Origin: Azolla caroliniana
Lineage: Eukaryota > Plantae > Polypodiophyta
DNA length: 64,000 nt
Assembly: GCA_043228905.1 (NCBI GenBank)
Contig: JBHGNT010000006.1
Coordinates: forward strand, 23,196,680 to 23,260,679
Reading direction: 5' to 3'
The position numbers were made by a program, and so were the translations under genes. Below are positions 1 to 10,399 of this stretch, in pieces. The notes beneath the pieces are model-generated. The model worked only from the letters and a program-made list of their open reading frames with translations. It ran no database searches and had not been told where the DNA came from. Within the stretch, counting starts at the first letter, position 1; every line of letters starts with the position of its first letter.

Positions 1-449
1 CATTGTCAAGGAGATAACTAGGATTTAATAGTTATTATTGATTGCATACATTCCTTCCCCTTTCTTTCTCTTTCTCTCGTTCTTATATAGATGCCCCCAT
101 GCATATGTGGATGTGAGGGTGTAGTACATACATACAATGCTTTGATCGCCATTTGGCACTCATGCATCACATGTGATGCATGATGACCATGTACCTTATC
201 TAACCTCTCATGTACAAACAATTTTGTGTGAAATGTACAATGAAGAAAATAAGTTTTAAAGGAAATAACGTAGTCTAATGGTATGTCAATTACCTCTTAT
301 CTTAGAGGTGTAAGGTTCAAACCCTTACTTGTACCTCAATGTATGCATTAGGCTTATTATATATATTTGTGTAATGAACACCTAAACACACATTACATGT
401 GCACATTCATGTCTTTAACATACACATCTAAACATCACTCCTTTCATAC

Positions 450-1967
450 GTGTGCATATTGCATCTTCTTGATTTCCCTCGTTCCACGCGATTTTCACAC
501 TGTTGCCGAAAATCTTCACGACAACGCCTATATGAACAAGTTAAATGCCAACTAAAATTGGATAATGGATTCTCAAAGAGCTTTTTAAGTAATATGGGGG
601 TCAAGCAAGGATGTCCACTATCACTCACACTCTTTGGCTTATGTATTGATAAATTAGAAAACTTGTGAATAAGGTTGTAAGAGAAGGATGGAATGACCCC
701 AATTTGATTGCAACATGTTATCTTATTGCTTTTATATGCAGATGATGTGGTACTCTTCTCATATGATGTTGATAGTATGCAACATTTACTTGGGGTATTA
801 GAAGAATTCTGCCATAGTAGTGGACTACCAGTGAATGTGGAGAAAACAAAAATGATGGTAGTGCAAAGCATCCAACCTCATCATTACCCTATGCTCACAT
901 ATAAAGGTGAACATATAGAATTTGATAAAAGCTTTAAATATCTTAGTATTGATGTACCCGCCACAAAAAAATGGAGTGCATGCTTTGATTCTAGACTCCA
1001 AGCCGGTTGGAAATCATATTACCTTTTGGAAAACCAATGCAACCAAAGTGATACTTGTGGATGGAAAGTAAAATTAATGTTGTTCAATGCCATGGTAACT
1101 CAAGTATTGCTTTATGGAGTAGAAGTATGGGGTGGCACCATCTCTCTTAATGCATGGAACAAGATTGAGAAAATTCAAAAGATGTTTTTAAGGAGGCAAT
1201 TAAGAGTTAAATGCACTACCTCTTACCAGGTTATGCTCTTGGAAACGGGTGTTCGACCCATAGAACTATTGGCACTCCAAAGAGTATATAAATACATTAC
1301 AAAAGTCAAGAATATGCCGAATCATTAATTACCACATCTTTCTTGGAATGTTGGATGTAAGCGACAAAAGAATCATAAAAGTAATATTCTCTCATCTGGT
1401 TGGGTTGTTGACATAAAGAAATGGTTTAGAAAATGGGGTGTGGATGATCTTTTAGAGCTTTCAGGCAATGCTATGCAATATGTAATGATTGAGGAAAGGT
1501 TGGTGGAATCATTAAGGATGAACTGGGAGGATGCTAAGAGGACAAAGCTAGAATACTACATTGCAAATGTCAACCCTGAATGTTGGTCTCAATATAAAGC
1601 AAGAATGTCTATTGATCGAATCCAACCTTATCTCATTACCAATATGAGTAGCAATGTGCGTAGAGCCCTTACACTACTTCACACTTGATCTCACAAGTTA
1701 GGTATTGAAGTTGCATCATGGTATCAAAATGTAACGAATTTGAAGACATGTAAAGTATGTAATGAAGGCATGGTAGAGGATGAATGTCACTTGCTCTTCA
1801 CATGCTCGACATATAGTGCAATTAGTTCAAGATATGTTGACATACTAAGAGGGAGTGATAACTTAAGATCCATACTTATGACACCACCTAGAAGGTTGAG
1901 CTCATATGTGTATGCTTTATTAACACATAGAGACTTTGTGCTTCAACATATAAATACCCCTTCTTAG
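450..1967 (+). mobile_element. 5'-truncated, decayed non-LTR retrotransposon (LINE): RT C-terminal half plus C-terminal zinc knuckle
   Basis: ORF pieces carry GVKQGCPLSLTLF, LLYADD, LPVNVEKTKMM, FKYLSI and LLYGVEVWG, then CKVC...EDECHLLFTC. They are broken by stops and frameshifts. Confidence 0.9.
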
Positions 1968-2075
1968 GAAGGAGACATATATCAAGAACACATGTATATT
2001 CTGGTTCCATAGGTCAAAATTGGCCTCTTTATGGACGATAAAAATTCTAATTCTAATTCTAATTCTCTTGTCTAT

Positions 2076-2112
<37 letters not shown>

Positions 2113-2411
2113 ATTTCTTAGTTCCTACATGGTATCAAAGCGGTGAAGGAGTCCAACCCCACCAAGATTTTTGTCGCGGTGTTAATAATGAGTGTGTGAA
2201 TTAAAGAAATGTGGTGGAAAATTCCGCCCAGGTATTGTCTCGCACTTATCACATGGAAAAATTGAATGGTAAAAACTATCAACCATGGTGTATGACCATG
2301 GAAATTATATTAGAACAATATAACTTGTAAAATATCGTCGATGGAACGCAGGAGTTCAAAGACGATAATATAATCTATCTATCTATCTCTTTCCATTTCT
2401 TAATTCCTACA
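1965..2411 (+). mobile_element. Internally deleted Copia remnant (LTR end, PBS, start of gag, second LTR end)
   Basis: ttccatttctta(g/a)ttcctaca occurs at about 2109-2129 and about 2391-2411. PBS tggtatcaaagc at 2130. The gag N-terminus MEKLNGKNYQPW...IVDGT lies at about 2252-2347. Confidence 0.65.
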
Positions 2412-2647
2412 ATAAAGGAGTTGCTAGGTTACTTTTTCACTTTATTTTCATTTAATAGATTATATCTTATGTCATTGTGGATATCAGGGAATTCTAGCTT
2501 TTGTAGTATTTCAAAGGAAAGAATCCTAATTGCCCTATGTCTAAAGTGACTAAATGCTATTATGGAATTCACCAAGAAAGGAGTGGCGCGTATCTCTTTA
2601 TTTATAACTACATGAATTAATTGTTTGAAGACACAAGTTTCCTACAT
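2412..2647 (+). repeat. Dispersed repeat (probable LTR fragment) also present at about 29143-29448
   Basis: Shared blocks ttactttttcacttt, aatagattatatcttatgt, gggaattctagc, aaaggaaagaatcct and tatctctttatttataact. Both copies end in ttcctaca. Confidence 0.6.
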
Positions 2648-3643
2648 TTAAAGGTTATAAATTTATTTCGCAATAGCCTATCCACCACAAAAATTATGAG
2701 TAGGAGGATGGAGATAAGAGAAATTTATCTTCTTTGGAGATCAAGATTATCATTATCTATTAAACATTTATGCATTGGTATTTATGTAAATTTAATTAAA
2801 CATAATTTAATTAAATATGGTTCGACTTACCTGACACAATTTTTTGTATTTCTTGATCAAGAGAGCATACAAAGATAGATTGAGAGACTAGACCATCCTT
2901 TTACATAACTAATTGATAAAGAATGGAAAATAAGCAAAAGTTTTTGGTGGCAACTAATAGGATGTTTCTGGGGAGAATCAAAATCCTATTTTCATGAGGT
3001 AAAGAATGACGGTTTTGTGATAAGGATACGAAGAATATCCTCAAGTATTTCATAAATCCACCGTTGAACGAGTCAAAGAGAGAAAATATGCTAGAGTTCT
3101 ACAATCATCTCTCTCTATGGAGTGTCTATGTGCAACACTATCATCTGATTTGCCTAGTTTCTATATTCTATAGAAAACCATGCACTAGCTTCTACACGAG
3201 ATATTGTATTGTCATCATGTAGGTTTTTCATACTCATACATTGGTCTCACACCTCAAGGTAGTAAACCTAAGCCCCAATGATTTAGTTGGGCCATGGTTT
3301 CATTCTAGCCTCTTCTCATTTATTTTTTCTATTATGCTATGTTATTCTATTGTTTCATCTAGTCTGGGATTGTAGTTAAATCTCTTCCAAAGACCCTATA
3401 GGGATTTGTACACAATAATCTCATTTGTAAAATTTTATAACTAATGGAAGGAGTGTCTTTTGGGAAAAGAAAACTCTTCCAAAGGCTTGTTGTCCATGAT
3501 ACGTTTATATGTTGTAAATCCACTTGTGGGTGAACCTACTCCATACATGATTTATTTATATATGCACAATTCATGTAATCAAAATGTAAGTTTGCAAAAC
3601 ACATTGTTTGTTGGGACCGACCTATATACATATATTATATATA

Positions 3644-3733
3644 CATAGAGAGAGAGAGAGAGAGAGAGAGATATGACATACGTTTCTGTAGTTTAGCACG
3701 TGAAAAAAATTTCGAACAATAATATGAAGACAC

Positions 3734-3774
<41 letters not shown>

Positions 3775-3997
3775 ACACGTTTTATAGTTTAGCACATGAA
3801 AAAAAAATCGAACAATAATATGGAGACATATAGAGAGAGAGAGATGCCAGTCGTGTTTGTTTTCATTCAATGTGAAGACATAATGTACGTCACTCCACAT
3901 ATAAAGAGCCACACACAACCTATAAAAGAGCATGCATGAATGATGAAACGACCATAACCAAAGAGAGAGAGAGAGAGAGATAGAGAGAGAGGGGGGG
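3644..3997. repeat. (GA)n microsatellites within a ~100-bp tandem duplication upstream of the P450
   Basis: The unit catag(ag)n..atgaca..cgttt..tagtttagcac.tgaaaaaaa..tcgaacaataatatg.agaca occurs twice plus a partial copy. A GA tract runs up to the ATG at 3998. Confidence 0.85.
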
Positions 3998-5782
3998 ATG
4001 GAAGAGTGGTGGTCATTATGGGCACTCCTATTTCTGGGCATCCTGGGATGGGTGCTCATATTGCAGTATGTCCACCAAACCAGCCTTCTAAGCAGCATAT
4101 GGAAGATGAAGAGGAGGACCAGTCCTGAGCTCCTCCATATACCTCCTCTTCCATCACCTCCAGGGCGCTTACCTCTCCTAGGACATCTACACCACTTACT
4201 TTTGTCCGGAAAACATCTACACCTATGGCTCCATCACCTGTCCACACAATATGGCCCCATCCTCTCCCTCCAATTGGGCTCTATCCCCTTCCTCCTAGTC
4301 TCGTCTCCCGACATGGCCCGCCTCGTCTTGCATACCCATGACCTTACATTCGCCTCACGCCCCTATTCTTCGACATCGGCCCGATTTACCTACAACTGCA
4401 GTAGCCTTGCCCACACGCCATATGGCCCGTATTGGCGCAAGGTAAACGTAAAAAATTCACATTAGTATAAGATCTTGATCTCTTTTTTAGATACTCACTA
4501 CACAGAAAATTGGACAATTTGTTTCCAATCTCATTGCAGGTTAAGGAGTTGTACATGACTAAGCTTTTCAATATGCAAAGATTGCAATACTTCAAGGCGA
4601 ATAGAAGTGAGGAGATGGTGGGTCTTATTCGGTCCGTGTGGCTGGATGTCGCGAATGCTCAAAACATGCGCACAAAGTTACAAGTGTGGGCCTGCAACCT
4701 AATCACGAGAATGACAATAGGGAAGAACCTCAATGACATTTCTATGATCACAAAAGTGCATGGCTCAGTGCTTCTCGAGGCTATTTGCGAATCAATGGTC
4801 CTCATAGGCAGCCCTAATTTGAGTGAGTTTCTGCCGTTTTTAAGGTTTTTAGACATACAACATCTCGAACGACGGACCAATGAATCATTTGAAAAGATCG
4901 ACACCATATTTCAAAGAGTAATTGACGATCGTCGAGATTCTTCCACGAATATCAGCCATCATAGTTCTCAAAATGATTTTCTCGACACTCTACTGTCCTA
5001 TGAAGGAGATAAGGAGATTAGTTCGGAAGATGATATAATCAAAGCCATATTATGGGTAACTAACTATGTATATGGATTTCCTTTATTTCTTGTGTTTTCG
5101 TCATTTCAATTCATGGAATTCTGATGGTAATATATCTAAATGGTAGGACATGTTTGCCGGAGGAATGGAAACATCCAGTGTAGTTGTGGAGTGGGGATTA
5201 GCGGAACTAATGCGACACAAAGAAGTAACAAGGAGATTACAAGACGAGCTGGATCGTGTCATTGGAAAGGATAGGCTGATGAGTGAAGAAGACATATCCA
5301 ATCTTCCATACCTCCAAGCAACTGTGAAGGAGATAATGAGGGTGCATCCTGTAGGACCATTGTTAATCCCCCATGAATCAACACAGGCATGTGAAGTTGC
5401 TGGATTCTATGTGCCAGAGAAGACCAGATTACTTGTGAACATTTGGTCTCTCTCAATGGACCCCAGCTCTTGGGAGGAGCCGCAGGAGTTTCGGCCCCAA
5501 CGATTTCTGAATTCGGACATAGATGTGAAAGGTCACCATTTCCAACTGTTGCCATTTGGGGCGGGCCGGCGAGCCTGCCCTGCCATGAATCTTGGCCTCC
5601 TCAATGTCCACCTCATCTTAGGTTCCTTGGTTCATTCCTTCGAATGGACATTACCCGTGGGAATCCAAGAAGTAGATATCAGCGAAGAATTTGGCTTGTC
5701 ACTCCATAAATCTAATCCTTTGGTTTTGGTGGCATCACCAAGGTTATCTAAGGATGCATATGTATCCCCAACAAATCTTTAG
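3998..5782 (+). CDS. Cytochrome P450, A-type/CYP71 clan; exons 3998-4441, 4540-5055, 5147-5782; about 531 aa; apparently intact
   Basis: N-terminal TM helix, PPGRLPLLGHLH hinge, I-helix AGGMETS, KEIMR (ExxR), FRPQRF (PERF) and heme motif PFGAGRRACPA. GT-AG phase-0 introns 4442-4539 and 5056-5146 join the three ORFs in frame. Confidence 0.95.
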
Positions 5783-7301
5783 ACGCCATGTCTATGTATA
5801 TGTATCAAAATGTGTTCTAGTTAGAGGACTTAGATTCGAGGGTGTAGACGAAAGTGAAACTACCGAACAACATGTTATTGTGAAGCTTTATTACAATTCT
5901 TGTGTCTCTAGTAAATCGTCACACATACAATGTTAGATTACAACTTACAAGGTACTTCTAAAGAAGATAATCCACGCCTAGGAGGGTGCTTCTCTTTGTT
6001 TCGAATTATTGTCTAGTTAATAAAAAATGGTATAGCTTTAGCACACTACTACATAAAGTACTTGAAAAGTAATGTTGTAGTTTTATCAAATAACGTGTAA
6101 GTGATTCTAAACATTGCAAAACTTGCGCGATGATAAGTTTAAAAGCCTTGATCATATGACAACATATACCACATGCATATCCTAATTTGAAGCTCTTCTT
6201 GTGTAGTATTTTCCATCTTGGACTCATTGAAATAATTGCTTTATAATCTCCTTTTTTGGATCTCTCTGTACCTTGATATTGAGAAGACTTTTCAACTCTT
6301 GATGTAGGTGTATGCGAAATTATCCATCAATCATCATGCCACCTTGTTATAAGAATGAACACAAAAGTGCACATTGCTAAATTAACCTATATAATACATC
6401 TCATATGACCTTGTCGTTATCAGTAGGAGAAGAAAAAGTGTACATGTGGTGTTAGTCTTTGGAGAGATATAAGGAGTAGCTAATGTGGTTCCATTGATGC
6501 TTCATTCAAAGTTAGTAGGTTGAATTATCTAGATCTCTTTCGGGTACGCATATCCAATACAACCAAGCTTCTTACAAAAGGCAAAGAGAGCTTGTGCTTT
6601 GATGAGCTAATCTTCCTTCTCTTACAAAAATCAAAATCTCTAGCAAATTGGAACCTTCTTAATAGTGGTGATCAAGCTTTTATTACCTCTTCCAAGTCGA
6701 AAAGGTCCACGAGGAGAAAAAACAAAAAACATTCTACCTAAGGGAAATGATGCATCAACCACCCATGATGAGAAGAACAAGAAAAGGTACAATTATTGTC
6801 ATAAACAAGGACATGACATTAGTTAATATTGAAAGAGAAAAGCTAATGGAGAGCTCGGTCTTAGTGTCACCACCACCACTTGTAAGAAGAAAGAAGCACA
6901 CATTGCTCAACATGAAAAGACCTTCCCCGTATACATGATGTATAACACGTTCGCGTTCACAAGTGGAAGGATCGCGCATAAATGGAAGGATAAGGGAAAT
7001 TTTAGGGCTTTTTCAATGATTTTACAAAACACATTGATACCAGTATCATACATGTTCAAACATACTATGAAAAAGGTTAAAAATCCACTATTTTCGTGAT
7101 TTAGAAGTAACTAAAAAAAGACGAATTTCAAAAAGATACATTCTCAATTTATATCACAAACTTTACAACCAATGTTATTTTATAAGAAACGATTTTTTAG
7201 AAATCATAAGAATTCAAAACACATACTTTTATATTACTCGATTTGTTACAAGCGGAATGTAGTTACACTTAATAGCCAAATATACATTCATGATCACTCC
7301 T

Positions 7302-9399
7302 TTACGGAGAATCACTACTATAACTAATATACAATGACGATTCCTCCTCATCATCCTCGGATGTACCAATCAGTGCATTATCTTTGTCATGAACCAAATG
7401 GTTTGACTCTAGATTATATGTAGCAGATCTCGTTTGCCTTTGACTCGAGCCACCTTGTAGACCTGGTAATTTTTCTTTTATTATATCTATTGTTGACTTC
7501 CTTAATCATCCGGCTTTTGTAAGTGTGAAGTCGTACACGATGATATCCACATCAGAGTTATCAAGGGTCGAGGTGTTACGAATGTTTCGCTTCCTCTTCC
7601 TACCTCCCCTTCTTGTTGGGCATTCAATCATCTCCAATGTATACTTACCTGTAAAAGCATTTGCACTTCTAGTGTTGTACCAATGAACATTTATAGACTT
7701 GATCGTGTTTTCTATTTCATGCATTAGCACTTCTAGAATTTTACCAACCCAAAATTGGTGGCCATGTGAGTTCGCATCAGCCGGCGTTGCAATCAACATC
7801 CCCGCGGTGAGCTCTTGCAAATTGCCTTCCCATCTAGCTTCGGCTGCTTTGGTCATCCTTGGTCCCACATAAATGTCTCTTTGTTGTGGATGGACTAAGT
7901 TGTCATTAATCGCATTTACTAGTTGCTCCGGAGTTCTATTTACGTGATCATGTTGCAGTGACCATGTGAATGGCGTTTCCAAATTCCAATTATCAACAGA
8001 TACACAATTGTCTATAATTTCTTTCTGATCACTATAAAATACATCCCACCATGACGTGTCTTGTTGTGCGGCATATTTCTTGGCGGCCTCAATATGCTTT
8101 CTTTTTTCTTCTAAGGCTTGGAGCCATGACCGTTTTTGTTCTGATACCAAGTCGCTCTGCAACTGTCTTTTCTTCTCAATTGGCATTTGCTTAGCTCCAT
8201 GGACAATTGTACTTGGCATACAAAGTAATAACTGGCAACCACCTTCAGGTTCCCATGTTGTAGAAGATGAATATTGTTTAGCATACAAAAGTGTAGAACC
8301 ACTTATTCCATTTTTCTTTATCATAAAAATGTGATTGAAACTTATATTGTTTAACTGAGCAAGGACTTTAACATTCCCACCACCCCCATCTAATATATAT
8401 CTCTTAAAGTCATATACCTCCTTCAAGTGTAACACTTCTGGGCGTGGTGTATATGCATCACAAATGACATCAAATAGTTTAGGTAAAGTGAAAGCATCAT
8501 GCCGAGACAACTGTCTAGAGAATGTGCTAAACATCTGATCTATATGGTCATGTGTGTGGCCAACCAAAAGGAAATTGACTTTCACTTTCCTAAACAATTC
8601 TAGGTTGACCAACATACTTAGATAGCCAAATACAGTTGAATTTTTTTTCTCTCTAGCAGTATTGTCCAATTGAATATATAGAACAGGGGGGAAAGGTTGG
8701 CCCCAAGACATCAAAACTCGGTGAATCACTGTAACTGTTAGGTTAGGGTCATTGTGAACATTGGGGTAAGTAATGAAGACGTGAGGTCAAACAGACCTAT
8801 TATAAGCCAAGCATCCCACCAAGTGCATTTGAACAAGGCACTCATCATTGACATCTTTGGGGAGCCTCTGCATATGCGGCAAGCATGTCTTCTTCTGTTC
8901 CATGCCATCTATCATTAAGCACATGTATTGTTCGGGCCTCTTCAAACACTTCTCTCTATGATGCATCGCCTTCTTTCGTGGGCCTCTGATGTCACCAAGC
9001 TAAATCTAGCCAGACGAATTCTTCGTGGGATTCTTCTAATATGCATAGGGCTCCCAGATTTCTCTTCCTGCATAGAGGTTGGTGTAACCTTTTACAATCT
9101 AATTCTCTGTTGTGACCATCGCCAATGTTATTCAATGTTTCCTGGGCACTACCTTCATTCTCTGTATCTTTATTAATATCGTATTCTTCAATAGAGAACT
9201 CTTCACATGTGTCATTATTTACATTCCCTGTAGATGAGCTCAGACAATATTCTTCGATAGAATATGGTGAGTCGGTCGACAGACAATATTCTTCAATCGA
9301 ATATGGTGACTCTGTTGACAAACAATACTCTTCAGTAGAAAACGACGAGTCTGATGACAAACAATATTCTTCAATCGAGAACAGTGAATCTTCACTCAT
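7302..9399 (-). pseudogene. DDD-type transposase (Sola-like), with premature stops and a probable N-terminal deletion
   Basis: A single frame from about 8978 to 7302 reads ...MCLMIDGMEQKKT...LYIQLDNTAREKKN...FLLVGHTHDHIDQMFS...SYSSDSP*. In-frame TGA stops (likely CGA>TGA) at 8787-8789 and 7506-7508. The putative N-terminus is ORF 9399-8992. Family assignment is from motif recall. Confidence 0.8.
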
Positions 9400-9649
9400 G
9401 GCTTAAGGTCTAGATAAGGCTCTGTAAGTTATGTGCTTAGGGTAAGGAAAAAAACTAATAAGCTCCTCTCTAAACATAAACTTCTCTCTAAACAAAAGCC
9501 AAATCAATAGAATGTCTATATTATGTAATATTCTATTAATACAATACATAAAAAATTTATTTTTAATAAAGTAATTGTACTTAAAATATCAATTATTATA
9601 TAAACTACATCTATATGAAGTTAAATCAAGTATAATATAAATCTAATCA

Positions 9650-10100
9650 TTAACAAGCCATGAATATGTTGGATTAATGTTAAAATCATTGGCTAATTAA
9701 TGGCACCCATTTTGATATAGAACCTCTCACTCATTGGTTCTTTAATGCTCACCATTTTAAATATTAGACTTATCAATCATTGGTTAATTCATGCCAACAT
9801 CTTTAATACACAGCATTTGAGAGTCATAAAAATTGTTGCTTTTAGTAATCAATCATTGGTACATTCATGAACCTCTATCATTGTCTCCTTCATAACCTTT
9901 GAAGTCATTGCAGGTTGTTATGACTATAAAAGATTGATCAATATGTTAGTTTGACTTTGTAATTATTAATGCAATCATAAGTTACTATAGTTAATGTGAC
10001 TGTGGTTACCAACTAACTATCCTCAAACTTACCAACCTTGGTTAAGGTGACTATGGTTACTTTAACCAATGTGGTCAATCCCTATAAATAGGAAGACCTC
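9650..10100. promoter_or_regulatory. Putative bidirectional promoter between the transposase and ParB-MTase genes
   Basis: ATTGG (CCAAT) boxes at 9688, 9733, 9779 and 9855. TATAAATA at 10083-10090, about 150 bp before the ATG at 10234. Confidence 0.45.
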
Positions 10101-10117
10101 GTCATATTTCACTCACA

Positions 10118-10200
10118 AGAGCGTACAGAGCGTACAAAGCACACAGAACGTACAGAGCACACAGAGCACACAAAGCACACAAAGCACAAAGCACCAAAGC
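10118..10200 (+). repeat. 9-bp tandem repeat (agagcgtac / agagcacac / aaagcacac) in the putative 5' UTR
   Basis: Directly visible, about 9 degenerate units. Confidence 0.8.
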
Positions 10201-10273
10201 GCGATCTCCGCCTCCACTGCCACATGATCAACCATGTCTTCAAAGAGAATCGAGCGCGAGGACTCCAGGTAGG

Positions 10274-10399
10274 CCTCTGATACGGCATATCGAGTTCATA
10301 ATTTGTTTTTGCTTTTTAAACAGGAACTCGATATGGCGTATCGAGTTCATGTTTGATTATCTAATTACGCACAGGAACTCGATACGCCGTATCGAGTTC
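10274..10399. repeat. Palindrome array of copy 1 (three units here, fourth at 21532-21554), 51-bp period
   Basis: (G)AACTCGATAC-gcc/ggc-GTATCGAGTT(C) at about 10274, 10325 and 10376. After removing the 11100-bp Copia and 5-bp TSD, the unit at 21532 maps to 10427. Confidence 0.9.

Noticed and set aside
3622-4098. 158-aa minus-strand ORF upstream of the P450
   Set aside because: It is made of (CT)n-derived SLSLSL and a tandem duplication, with no protein features.
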